From Octopus sinensis (Eukaryota): a DNA stretch of 64,000 bases. The DNA lies in assembly GCF_006345805.1 (NCBI RefSeq), contig NC_043002.1, forward strand, positions 186,001 to 250,000. Direction: 5' to 3'. Positions 1-12,842 of the stretch are shown here, one piece after another (within the stretch, counting starts at the first letter, position 1; the number at the start of each line of letters is the position of its first letter). Below the pieces are notes generated by a model. It ran no database searches, was not told where the DNA came from, and was given only the letters and a program-made list of their open reading frames with translations. A program made the position numbers and the translations under genes.

Positions 1-137
1 TAGTGGTAGTAGTGGTAGTAGTAATAGTAATATTAATAGTAATAGAAATATTAATAATAATAGTAATAGTAATATTAATAACAATAATATTTATAATGAT
101 AATAATATTAATAGTAGTAGCAGTAGTATTAGTAGTT

Positions 138-186
<49 letters not shown>

Positions 187-193
187 TAATAAT
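1..193. repeat. (TAG/TAA)n trinucleotide microsatellite
   Basis: Directly visible mixed tagtag/taataa array; similar arrays at 750-930 and 1604-1935 (the latter includes a (GGT)n run at ~1850-1895). Confidence 0.95.
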
Positions 194-838
194 ACTGCCC
201 TGATGCAGTTCCAGGCAGTGGCTCTCATGGCTTCTGATCTTAACTGATTGGAAGTGTTATCACGTACATTGTTTTGTCTTGCTATAAAAGATGGGCTGCA
301 GCAAACATTCTGCTCAATACCACAGATTTGCTTGTCAGTTGTTTGACCATAACCAGTTGAGCATGTCCCTTAGTGGCTGACAATACGTGCATCTCTGATC
401 ATGAGCAGAAGTAGTGGGGGAGCATCATAGCCATGTGTTGAGAGGGATTCTTTGGGGTTTGAATAATTCACCTGTGGAAACATGGGTGGTTCTTTCAACA
501 TCCTTAAAGCAAATCTTATTCAGGGACATTTTGAGTGGGATGGGTTACTCAACCTGAAGAAAATTCTAACTGGGCCCCACCTGCAAGGTCATGTGCTGTT
601 TATCTTGATATGAGATCACCATGTCACGCACATATGGTTGTGATGCATGTGCCTGGTGTACCTTTATCAGACGGGTAGTCATGATGGGTATATTGGGCTT
701 CGTATATTTTACCCCAGTGTCACTTTGATGGCATGCACTGCTCTCTCACTCAATAATAATAATAATAATAATTATAATAAGAGTAGTAGTAGTAGTAGTA
801 TAGTAGTAGTAGTAGTATAGTAGTAGTAGTAGTAATAG

Positions 839-870
<32 letters not shown>

Positions 871-929
871 GTAGTAGTATTAGTAGTAGTAGTAGTACTA
901 GTAGTAGTAGTACTAGTAGTAGTAGTAAT

Positions 930-1320
930 AGTTTCTTTATTGGCCACACAGGGCTGCACACTGATGGGACATGTTACAAGGTAGAGCTTTTCTTTTGGGG
1001 GATGAAAAAAAGGGGGCGGCGTAGGTCTTCGATCAAGAGGGATCGTAAAAGGGAGGAAAAGAACAAAAAAAAAATAAAAAATGAAAAAAATAAATATAAT
1101 AAAAAATAAAAAGAATAAAAAAAAGAAAGGGAAAAGGAACAAAAGAAAAGAGAAATGAAAAAAGAAGAAAAAGGGGAAAAAAAGGGAAAGAGGAAAAAAG
1201 AAAGAAAGATCAATAGGGATCGTGTATCACAGTGTTATGATATATGGTGTAAAGGGGAAAGCAAGTAAGGTTTATCCGTGGGAAGAAAAGCCTACGAAAA
1301 AGACCACGGTAACCTTGGTC
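930..1320 (-). mobile_element. Probable LINE 3'-UTR remnant with A/G-rich low-complexity insert
   Basis: Non-coding segment abutting a (TAG)n tail and resembling 3' ends of L1/Tx1-type LINEs; recognition only. Confidence 0.3.
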
Positions 1321-1773
1321 AATATTATTATATGTTACCACATTTGTTTGCAAGTGGGTAACCCTCTGTTTTCAATTTCTGGGTTCATAGGATTATGCTC
1401 AAGGTGGCTTCGTCATTCATACGTGCCATCCTTGCTACATTCACCCATCTTTTTTTAAAACATTCGCTAGACAAAACTTGCCTCTCTACTCTCACTTTCC
1501 TTTTCAAGTGGTACTTGAAGAAGTTGATGAGAGATTGACCAGAGAGGAAAGTGTTTGTCTCCAATCCTTTCAGACGCGTCCACCAGATACATTCTTTCGC
1601 AGTAGTAATAGTAATAATTATATTAGTAGTAGTACTAGTAGTAGTAATAGTAGTAATAATACTAGTAGTTGTAGTAAAAGTAATAGAAATAATAATAGTA
1701 ATAGTAATAGTAATAATAATAATAATAATAATAGTAGTAGTAGTAGTAATAGTAATAATAATGATAATAATAT

Positions 1774-1804
<31 letters not shown>

Positions 1805-1819
1805 ATTAATAATAAATAT

Positions 1820-1859
<40 letters not shown>

Positions 1860-1884
1860 GGTGGTGGTGGTGGTGGTGGTGGTG

Positions 1885-1934
<50 letters not shown>

Positions 1935-1949
1935 TAAAAGCTTTGCCAT

Positions 1950-2215
1950 CCACTGAACTGGACGGTACTGCATATTACCAAAGATAGTACCTTCTTCATC
2001 TCAGATAAGACCCAGTATTGCAACAGCTTGGGTTTCAGGGGAGCTCAAATGTTTAATATACTGCAAAAGAACCGAATAAGATCTGCAAGGTGTAGATGCG
2101 GAAACGTTCAAAAAGCACCTGGATAAATTTCTTTCTGAAATCTCATATGAGCCCACATCAGGACAAGATGTACAAAGGAGAGCGGCTACATCCACCTCAC
2201 TTCTTCCACCAAAAA
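1950..2215 (+). mobile_element. CR1-like LINE 3'-end fragment
   Basis: + strand translates as DLQGVDAETFKKHLDKFLSEISYEP...RRAATS, resembling the C-terminus of CR1/L2-group ORF2. Confidence 0.5.
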
Positions 2216-2254
2216 AAGGACTGAAAAGAGACCCAAAAACACTTGAAGGTGGTG

Positions 2255-2287
<33 letters not shown>

Positions 2288-2309
2288 TCTCTCTCTCACT
2301 CTCTCTCTC

Positions 2310-5300
2310 TCACCTTTTCCTCACTTTCACATTCCATTTATCTCAAACGCAATCCCCTTCCTCAGAACATGCCCTTCATCCCTCCTCAACACATGCCCAT
2401 ACCACCTCACTCCAATCACCCTAACCCTAACCATTCCACTGACTCCTCCAGCATCCCCATCAAGTCCTCACTCCTCTTATCAAACAGCTTCACACCACAC
2501 ATTTCTCTCACCACTGCTCTCTCAGTCCTTCTCAAAATTATCATCTCTCTCTCTCTCTCTCCCTCAGACACCATGTCTCACTCCCATACAGCATTGCAGC
2601 TCTCACACAACTCCTATTGACCCTTCCTGTCATCTTTAATGAGAACCTTTTCTCATATAACAATGCTCCACATTCCCTTGACTTCACACAGCCAAGTCTC
2701 ACTCTTGCTGCCACAGCTGCTTCACATCCACCACTTACATCTACCCTACCTCCCAAATAACAAAACCCTCTCACCATCTCCACCTTGTCACATAGTGTTT
2801 CCACTGGTTCCACCAGCCCTTCAGCTCCTTTCTCACGTCTCCCATAAACAAACTCTCTTGCCAGTCTTAAGGTCACCTTCTTCATTTTCTTACATCTACC
2901 ATGAATCCTTTTCTCACATCTCGTACACAACACCACATTTTCCATTACCCTCCTCCCACATACACCATATGAACCCACCTTACTAACACTTCTCCTTCCA
3001 CCCCACTCGCCATCACCTTTGTCTTCCCAAGGTTTGCCTTCAAACCCTTGTTTTCAAATGCCTCCTTCCATTTCCAAAACTTCTCAATCCCTCCATCATC
3101 TCACTCATCAGAACAAGGTCATCCACATACAATATCTCCATTATCAATCCCTTTCCTGCACTCTCCGTCATAACATCAACCATTATTGCAAACAACAATG
3201 GTGACTACACAGATCCCTCATGCACACCAACTTCCACTGTAAACTCCTCCGACAGCTCTGAACCAATTCTAACTCTTGTCTTTTCCCCCTCATCATCGCC
3301 CTCACTATTACCTCTAGTACACCTCTCTTCCTCAATGTGGAACCCTATCAAATACCTTCTCCACATCAACAAAGCACATGTGCAACAGCTTCCCCTTATC
3401 TCAGTATTCCTCTTGCAATCTCCTAACAAGGAACCCTGCATCTATTGTCCCCCTTCCTGGCATAAAACCAAATTGTATCTCGTTCACATCCACCCCTTTC
3501 CGAATTCTCCTCTCCAACACCCTTTCCACTATCTTCATTTCATGCTCCAATAACTTCACTCCCCTACAACTCATCACATCCCCCTTTCCCTTGAAGATCA
3601 ATACCACCACACTTAGTGCCCAGTCCCCTGGAATTCCTCTTCCATCCAGCACACCCTGGCAGAACTCCATCATCACAACAATCCCTCTCTCTCCCCTTGC
3701 GGTTATTATTTCCACACTTACTTCGGATGGACCAGCTGCCTTTCTCGTTTTCATTTCCTTCATTGCCTCCACTACTTCTTCCTGACTAACCCTCTCCACT
3801 GGCCCCTTCACCACAACAGCTTCCACCTTCTGATCCCATTCATTCTCTTCGTTCATAATTCCCTCCATATACTCCTTCCAAACTCTTCCCCTGTCCTTCT
3901 CAATAAAATTCAACTGTTCATCACCCCCCCCCATACATTTTCCTCTTTCAACACCTCTTAATAAACCTAAACACTCTATCTGGGTTCTCATCCAACCTGC
4001 TCCACTTCTCCTCAGCTTCCTTTCTTGTAGATCTTGCAGCCACCCTCTCCACATGATTTTTCATGTTATTATACCAGGTTTACATTTGCTCACTCCTATT
4101 ATTGCATAAAGCTTTATGCACCTCCTTCTTCCTTGCTATCGCATCCCTCATCTCCTCGTTCCACCACCATATTTTTCCTCAATCTCTCCTACCTTTTGTC
4201 CTTCCACACACTTTGTCACATGCCTTTAGTACCCCTTCCTTAAAAGACTTCCACAAATCTGGTGCATTACCAACTCCCCAACTCTCTCCTCAAACCTTGC
4301 TCTTGTTTCTTCTTCCTCCAGTTTCTACACCTTTCTCCTCTTAACCCTTCCCTTTCTCACACACTTTTTAACTTCCCTCTTATCCAAGTCAGCAACCATC
4401 AACCTGTGCTGCAACTCCCCTGGTATTGTCTTCACATCTCTCAGATATTTTCTGTTTTTCCTGCCAACCAACATAAAGTCAATCTCTGTCTCATTCTCTC
4501 CTGCACTGAAAGTCACCTTCTTTTTCTCTGTTTCCATAAACCACATGTTCGCTACACACAACTCTTTCTCATCAGAAAACTCCAACAGCATCCTTCCTTC
4601 CAAATTTCTCTCCCCAATTCCATTTCCCCCATGCACACCCTCAAAGCTCCGGATCCTTTTCCTAACATGTCCATTAAAATCACCCATGCCCAAAACCAAT
4701 TCATCTACCTTTTGTAAGTCCCATTCATTCACCATTTCATCAAAGAACTGCTCTTTCTCAATGATCCCTCGTCCACTTTGTGCAGACCATACCCACAAAT
4801 CACCCTCACCACTTCTTCTTCAACTGCTAACACCACTATCATCACTCTGTCACTCTTTCTCCTGACCACCACCACCACCTCACAGATTTCTTCCTTCACC
4901 AAAACTCCCACACCTCCAGTCCCCTTGCTATTTCCCGACCACCACAACTTGTACCTTCTTCCCTTGATCCACAACTATCTTGCACCCTGGCCCCTCCACC
5001 TAACCTCCTGCACACAGCACTCGTCCACCCTCCTCTTCCTCAGTTCCCCTTCCATGCAGACTGCCCACATTCCAACTTCCCAACCTCACCCCAAGCTTCT
5101 CCTCAGGCCTTCGGCCATCATCAAACAAGTCATGCTTGCACAACCCAGGATGAGGGTTTGCAACATCCTTTTTGAGGTAGGTAGGTGCAGCCTACCCCAA
5201 CGTTTGGGCTTGTTGGTGCCCATTCTCCTTTGCTATCAGAAGGCTTTCTTGGAGCTGGATTTTTTACAGGGAGCATGCCCTTGCTACTTCCAACATCAGT

Positions 5301-5350
5301 TTTTTAGACATAAGTGGTCCCGAGACCAAGGCCTCTACCACCATTTTTAA
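2310..5350 (-). mobile_element. Degenerate near-full-length RTE-clade LINE (APE endonuclease + RT)
   Basis: Minus-strand ORF pieces 4729-4974 (LWWSGNSKGTGGVGVLV), 4325-4798 (GDFNGHV, EIDFMLV), 3401-4054 (KAAGPS, QFGFMPGRGTID), 3205-3441 (VGVHEGSV), 2541-2978 (FCYLG, MLYGSETW); many frameshifts and stops. Confidence 0.9.
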
Positions 5351-6169
5351 GAAATGTGGTGGAAAACTAGCTTCAAATAATACTTTATATGCATCATTGA
5401 ATGGTTTGAAGAATCATTTATGCCACCGTTGTTGTTGTTGTCAGATCCGATTTTGAATAAGTAACAGTGACATGATCACTTTCATTATTGTCATGATGAA
5501 AAGAAGATTTATAACAAATAATTTTTTCCTAGTCTTTATGTAAGTTGGATAACAATTGCGAAATCTCTTCAAGGATTAGCTTTCGATGCTTTGAAAGGAT
5601 TACAAGTAAAAAACCAAAGGACAAATGAATGGTTGGCAAGCTGTCCCTGTTTTGTACTTGTTGAATTACGATGCAGTACTAATTGTTTGTTTCATAAAGA
5701 TGATGCACTAAATAATAGTATTGCACCATCTTGAAATGTCTTATTAAATGCTATTAGAGATCTTTGCCAAGCAGTATGGGATGAGGTTGTGAAAGATGAT
5801 CTCAAGATGCTGAGCCTTAGAGAGGAGATGACAATGGATCGGGAGGGTTGGTGCTCTGCTGTGCTCAAGAAGATCTGCCCATAAGGAGCAGAACACCTAC
5901 TCAAAACCTGGTCACAGAATATCACCGTGCTGTGTGCACTAGGGATAAAACTTTTTTTTGTAATCCCATAGTCCTGAATGATGAGTTTTTGCTAGAAGAC
6001 AATGAAAAATCAATGTTTTTTTTAGGTTTAAAAAAAATTTTTTTTTATTTGATAAATAAATCTCACCCATGGCTAAGTTTGAAATTTTTATACTTGATTG
6101 CATTTAGGTGGATTTCCAAAAACTAGAACCCTGGTAGAATAATAAACAAAAAAGGGAAAAAGTTTCAAA

Positions 6170-7800
6170 AAGTTTAATCCATAACTGTTAAAAGAACTGT
6201 ATTCTGCATTCCAGAACAATAAAAAGAAGATAAGTCATATAAAGTCAAATTAGTCAGCAGCCAAGTTGCAGCAAATCTAATAGAGAAAATCAAGCACAAA
6301 GGCAGGTTGGCTTTGTTCTTGGATGACCTTAATTGCTCACTCACAGCATTGATTACTTCTGCTGATGTTTCTAGTGACTTGTCAGGCATTTCAAAGGAGT
6401 CTTTTAGGGTTGTAAGGCCTGTGATAACTCTGAATAATCTTCAGCTCTGTACACGTGGTCATTGAACCAGTTATCCATCCAGTCACATGAGACCCTCTGC
6501 CATCTCTCATATGTGGCAAGAAGGGCTAAGATAACTTGTGAATGTCATCTGGTATTACTGATGTTTGGAATTTTATGAAACTTGATGAAAGGTACGTCTC
6601 CCTTTTCATGAAAGAACCTGATGGCATGGTTTAAGTGGAACAGAAACTTCATATCGTTTTGCCAACCAGCTTGATCTTCAATGATGAGTGCCATTCTGGG
6701 AGTTCTTCATAACTTGTCAGGAGTTCTTTGACAAGAAAATATTTGATGTTGAATGAATTGCTTGTACCTGCTATCGCCTCATCCATAACAATGCAGAATT
6801 CTGTCCAAGACATGGTGTTGGCAGCTCACGAACTGTGGCTTGTCATAGCCTTTGCACACTACCCACTACCCCACTCTTTCGTCCTGTATTCACACTTGTC
6901 ATATCAGCAATAATCATTAAGACTCTACCCCACAAGTGAAATTCACCCAAGACACTTTCCAATCCTTCTGCAATGGTCTCAGCCTTGCCATTTCACAGCT
7001 TCAGAGCAGCCAGCTTCATTCCACTTGTTTCATTCTTGACAACAACTACTTGATATTCATTTCTGTTAATATGTTTACCATCAAAATGTCGGTTCCATTT
7101 CTGATTGCGTAATGCGTTGATCAAGTGTTTCTTCATTTCACCAGCTGTCTTCAACTGTGCATTGTTAATGCCTTTCTCTCTATGAGCTGAGATATCAATG
7201 TCCTCCTCTGACAAGTGTTTGCAGATTTTCACAGCTTTGTGGTAGAGACGTTTGTTGCAGTTACAAATCTCATACCAATTGCAGATTTGTTGTGTCTTCT
7301 TGTGGAGGAATAAGTGCCTTCACTATCATTTTGATCAACCCTGTACTCTTCAATCTCTCCTTCTTCAGAGTCACTGCCAGTATCCAGGGCTGTTGAGTTT
7401 GATAAAGAATGGGAGGTTTCAGCATCAGAGCATCATCTCTTGGAAGGATGGATAGTGTGCTTGCTTGTAGCTTTGCTTGTCGAATAACCCACTTTGCCCT
7501 TGCTTTGGAGTTGGATGGAGTACAGTGTTTCGTCATCAGCATTGAGCCATTCACTGCAGCCTTCGGTGATATTGAATAGTTTTTCTAATGACACAAATTT
7601 TCCTTTCTTGATGCATTTGTCAACCAAATGAAGCACGTTTTCAAGCTTGGAAATGACTGGAAAATTCAGTTTATCTCTCCACAGTAGCATCACCTCTCTT
7701 GATTATTCCACCACTGTCTCCTTTCTGCCTTTAATTGATTTCCTAAGAAACTGGTACCGACCAACAATCATCTCCTTGAGTGGCATTTGACTTCTGCTGG
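6170..7800 (-). mobile_element. hATm-like (hAT superfamily) DNA transposase relic
   Basis: Hand translation of the minus strand gives motifs in the expected order: RHFDGKHI..EYQVVVVKNE, KL*NGKAETIAEGL, IIADMTSVNTGRKSGVV, CQHHVLDRIL (CxxH) and KIPNISNTR*HSQVILAL (cf. hATm HWDGK / DTTASNTG / CRHH / ARW). Multiple stops. Confidence 0.7.
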
Positions 7801-8379
7801 CCAGTGAGGCTTCTTCTACAGTCACATGACCTTGGGATGAATGGAACTGGAACTGCACCAAATACAGTGTTTAGGCAGGAGGCAGATAAATACAAAAGCA
7901 TCTGGAAGCATCCCTGATCTGATCACTGGTATATGCTGGACTCTGTTATAACTAAGAACAAGGATTACAGTGATTTCACACTCACCAGAACTCACAAAAC
8001 CCCCAAGTGTTACTTGGTTCAAGGCAAAGTACTTGTTAAGTCATATGGAAAGAGGCCACTGAAATCCAGTTTACATCCAAAAATAAATGTTGTTGCTTTA
8101 AAAATCCAGAAACAACCAAAAATTTTGAAATACATTCAAATTTAAAACTTGCAGAAATAGAGGAATGCCTGAAGTGTTGTGGCACAATATTTGTGACAGC
8201 ATCAAACCATCTGCTGAAGTAGTTCTAGGATTTGTGAAACACAAACACCAACAAGAATGATTCTCAAATTAAACCTCTCCTAGAAACTTTGCACAAGAGA
8301 CACAAGACATGGATCTCAGACAAAAACCTGCCAACATCCAGATTCCTATACATCTCCCCAAGAAAAACTATGCAGAAAA

Positions 8380-8920
8380 CTACATGAAATGAAAAATTTG
8401 GTAGACAAAAAAAGCTCGGAAATTGGAAAAGGCTGCTAACTCTAAGAACTTCAGAATACTGCATAACATTCTTAAAAATGTATTTGGCCCCCAAAAAGAT
8501 TGTACAGCATCTATTCTCTTGAACGATGGAATAAAACCCTTAAGTAGGAAAGATGAAATTCTGAAGAGATGGGCTGAACACTTTAAATCTATATCAAATG
8601 AAGAATCCACTATCGGTGCTGATGTAATCAACGAAATCCCCAGGGATCTATCATTGAAGAACTAGTGGAACAGCCTTCCTTGGAAGAAATAAGTATTGCT
8701 TTCAAAAAACTTTCCACTGATAAAGCTTTTGGACAAGACGATATTCCCATAGAGGTATACCAGCATGATAGCAGACACCTTGTAAGTAAGCTGTGCAAAT
8801 TGATCCGTTCAATGTGGGAAACTGTATCTGGTGCCCAGCAGTTCAAAGATGCATCTATAATGCACTTATACAAAAACAAAGGGAAGAAGAGTGTATGTGA
8901 TAATCCCCTTTTTCAATAGA
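8380..8920 (+). mobile_element. RTE LINE fragment (RT N-terminal region)
   Basis: ORFs 8423-8665 (ILKRWAEHF) and 8665-8919 (KAFGQDDIPIEVY, FKDASIMHLYKNKG). Confidence 0.8.
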
Positions 8921-10802
8921 AGAATAAAGATAATCAAAAAGAATGGAGAAATGTGTTGTTATTGGTAAGCTCTTCTAGTGTAATTTATTTTATTGATACC
9001 TGTTGGATTAAAGGTAAACTGACTTTCGTGGGATTTGAACTCAGAATACAGAGAACTAAATAGAACAAAGCATTTAGTCTGGCACTCCATTCTGGACAGA
9101 ATTTTTGGAACAACAGTCCTTCAAAGTTCCATGCTCCACAGAAAAGGAAAAGTGAGGTGGGCAGGCTTCCTTCATTTTCTTTTTAATCCTTTTTTTTATT
9201 TTGTTTCATACAAAGGAAAATTTCCTCAAAATTTCTGTCTTTCACATCCCATCCCTTAATTCTGTGCAATTTTTTCCATCTGGATCGTTTAGGAAATGAT
9301 TATTCTGATTCATTCTGCTTTACATTCCACTTGGGTTGACTTTACCTTTCGTCCTGTGAGGGTTGATAAAATAAGCAGCAGTTGAATGTGTAACTAGTTC
9401 AGTTGATCATCCTAGAAACGGACGCTAGTTATACACGTCAGCCAAAGAGGTAATCTGTGATTGTTCAGTTTGCTAGAAATAACAGCCAAATCTCCCTCAC
9501 ACTATGGTCTAACATTTTAAAAATGAAAGACACAATAAAAATACAGAATGGCTCATTCTGGTCTGACCCGGATTTAAACTGACAGGTGTTGGTTGCAACC
9601 ATTGCGAGTGTACCGCCAATACAAATTCACACGAACCACTTTCTTACTCTTGGTGTGCCTAGATTTACTGCCCCTTTTTTTTTTTTTTTGGTAATAATTT
9701 ACTGCATCCACGGCTGTTTTTCAAAATCTCCGGAATGACTTCCACCTGCTTCCCCCCCTCCCCGTCAATTTTCTCCCAAATTTCTTTATTCAAAAAATTT
9801 TTTTTTGCCAAAAATCACCGTTTTCGGATACGGAAGTTCCGGAAAATTGCCAAAGATCGGCATTGTGAAATCCCGTCCCCTTCAGCAACTTCTTCAATTT
9901 TGACTTTTTTCCCTCAACACTAAACCTAAAACCGTAACCGTAAGTACAGAAATGTTTTGAATTTTGGCAATCTTTTGTCCGAATTATAATGTCTGTATTT
10001 TTCCGCATATTTAGAGAAAAAAAAAAATTCTTTAAAATTTTACAAAAAGTTTTGGAAATTTTTTCAGATTCATAATCTCCGTATTTTTCTGCATATTTTG
10101 AAAAAAAAATTTTTGAAAAAAAGTTAAAAATGAAGGAAATGGGGGTGGGGATGGTAATTTAAGAAATGTCGATTTTTGCCAATTTTTTTGCAGATTCCTA
10201 TTCCCCGTAGGTGAGGGGGTGGGAGGTCGAAAAAATTTTTTTTTCGAAGTTTGGGTCTTTTGGGGGAACGGACGGAAGTCTACCGAAATCTCCTTCGGAA
10301 TGGTACAATTGAATGGCTTGAATGTGGATAAAAATAGAAAAACACGGAAAAACTCCACGAAATATATGGAAAATAGGCGGAGGTAACGCATAGGCAGCCC
10401 ACCCGTTTTCGGCGCAAGCCTAAACCTAATGTTAACCACCGGGTGTGCGTATTCTTTACCTTCACCTGAAAAATATCTCCAATAAAATTCTAATTGATAA
10501 ATATAAATTTTAATTAAACAAAACACGTGAAGCGATTATCCTGGTGTGAGAATAACAAGCAGTTAATGCCTCGCTGTCTGTTGATTGGCGAAAATTACCC
10601 AAACTTCCCTAACTTTAATTCCAAACAACTTCAGATTCAGAACTGCATCGATACACCAAAATTGAAAAGAGTCTGAGCAAAATTAAAGGGAGCTGATTTT
10701 GCAAATGGAATTCACTCGATCCCAAGATGAAATTAAACTTCACACATAAATTTCTGCAGTAAATGGCAAGATGTTTACCCGTTACTAAGCAAAGCGCGTG
10801 TC

Positions 10803-10878
10803 ATGGCGCTTCAGCTAAGGTTTTTTCATTTTACTTTGCTACTCACAGTCTCCATAATCACTCATATTTCGGCTGAAG
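10803..10878 (+). CDS. Candidate gene exon 1: signal peptide MALQLRFFHFTLLLTVSIITHISAE-G
   Basis: ATG in a CpG-retaining region; basic N-region, hydrophobic core and an ISA/E cleavage-like site; donor GAAG|gtttgt in phase 1, matching exon 2. Confidence 0.65.
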
Positions 10879-11103
10879 GTTTGTATTTTCGTAGAATATT
10901 TCTCTTATGTTTAATAACCTCTTTTTCATACGTTCTTAGCCTTATATATAATAATATTGCATACAAAATACGCGTAACTAACGACCCGAGCAAGTTTTTG
11001 ATGATGAGGTAGTATTTTTTTCTTTTCTTTTTCAGTGTTGTCGTAAACTACAAGAAGTTAATGCCACTTGCCAGTTTCTTATTTTAATTCTAAATATTTT
11101 CAG

Positions 11104-11261
11104 GAATTGGTAAAATTCATATTGGTGAATCTCGAAATTCAACCACTAGCAATACCAAGTTTTATAGCTGGCCTTTTTATCAGAAGACGGGTCTCCTACC
11201 AATATATTTAAGTGTACGAAATTATAGCATTGCTTCTGACGTTTTAAATCTCACTGAAAAT
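11104..11261 (+). CDS. Candidate gene exon 2 (GIGKIHIGESRNST...SDVLNLTEN)
   Basis: Acceptor atatttttcag|, donor |gtaaga; 158 nt open from phase 1 to phase 0; sequons NST, NYS, NLT. Confidence 0.7.
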
Positions 11262-12133
11262 GTAAGATAATTCTTTTGCATATTTTTTTCTCTTTGCTAT
11301 TGCATTTTTGAAACTTTAATTGGTAAATCTTTGCTATCACACTCGTCTTCCAAAGAGAATATCCGTTGATTTATTATCTTCTGGGATTCCCTACACTCTG
11401 GCATAGTTCTTAAGTACATTGTATTTTTTTCTCGAGTTGAAGCAAACCATAAAATCAGCTGTAACTTGTTTTGTTTTCATATTTTTTGATAATTTCTTTG
11501 CATTTATGTATTTTCAATGTGTAAGATAACGATTCAATGAAAAACAATATTTTATAAATTTTGCCTCACTCCTTTCCATTTGTTTAAACTTTTTATTTGC
11601 ATGTTTGAAAACGTGGACTGTTTGATTCGGCCAAAACTGTTTTTCCAAATAACTTTCTAAAATCAAATTTAAAACTTCGTTCAGCCGCGCCAAACAAATA
11701 ATACTTCCTAATGACTTGTAGGTGCGCGGGATTTCCTGATACAACCTCAATTAATATAACTATAAAAAAACATTATTTAATTTTCTTTGATATGGATTCA
11801 GCCTTGAAATACAAACAGGCGCGAGTCGTTGTAAGATCGACTACTTACGACTAGCTAGCGCAGATGCGCGAGTGCGCGCACCGGGACCACTGTTCGCTAG
11901 AAGTACCATAAAGTATATTAAACGTTTTCATAAGTCAATACGGCGCTTTTACATTAAGCTTATCTCTACGGATATTCGCTCGAAATTCTAACCAACTCGC
12001 ATTTTCGACCTTTCGTATCGGAGACGTCGTCAGATGTAAACAAACAACGAAGATGAAGAAAGGGCGTTGGACGTATATGCCATATTTCGAGGGGGAGGGG
12101 TTTGGCCCTTCATCAGCACCCATCTAACCCTTT

Positions 12134-12433
12134 AAGCCTAGTACTTATTCTATCGTTCTCTTTTGCCGAGCCGCTAAGTTACTGGGACGTAAACACACCA
12201 GCATCGGTTGTCAAGCGATGTTGGAGTGAAAAACAGACGCACACACACACACACATATATATATATACATCACGGGCTTCTTTCAGTTTCCGTCTACGAA
12301 ATCCATTCACAAGGCTTTGGTCGGCCCGAGGCTATAGTAGAAGACACTTGCCCGAGGTGCCACGCAGTGGGACTGAACCCGGAACCATGTGGTTGGTAAG
12401 CAAGCTACTTACCACACAGCCACTCCTATGCCT
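12134..12433 (-). mobile_element. tRNA-derived SINE
   Basis: Reverse complement of the family head GGCGCAGGAGTGGCTGTGTGGTAAG...GGTTCAGTCCC (Pol III A/B boxes) with an internal microsatellite. Confidence 0.85.
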
Positions 12434-12842
12434 ATATATCGATTTTTTTCTTCTTTTTACGAAATACCACGTTCTTGGTTATGGAGGATCCGATTCTGAA
12501 AAAAAAAAAAAAAATTTAAAAACTCGCATTTTCAAAATCTCAATTCCCCACTCCCTTCAGTTTTCATTTTTTCCGGCTTTTTTTTTTTTTTTTTTTTTGA
12601 AATACGTAGAAAAATACGATTACGATTCTGAAAAAAATATTTTTTTGTAAAATTTCAATTTTTCAACAAGAGAGAAAAAAAACAATATATACCCTCAGGC
12701 CGTCAAGCAGGCTATCCACATGCTAGAAATAACAGCCAAATCTCACAAACAGCGATAACATAAAGAAATTTTGAAAATTTTTTTTTTTCAGAATTAGATC
12801 TTCCATAACAAAAACGTGGGATCCCGTTAAAATATATGTATG

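Noticed and set aside
3-1937. Poly-I/V/L/N/S/G ORFs that look hydrophobic
   Set aside because: Trinucleotide microsatellite translations.
11514-11750. 78-aa minus-strand ORF beside a CpG-rich patch (possible nested antisense gene)
   Set aside because: No recognisable motif or partner exons; the CpG retention is explained by the 5' region of the + strand gene.
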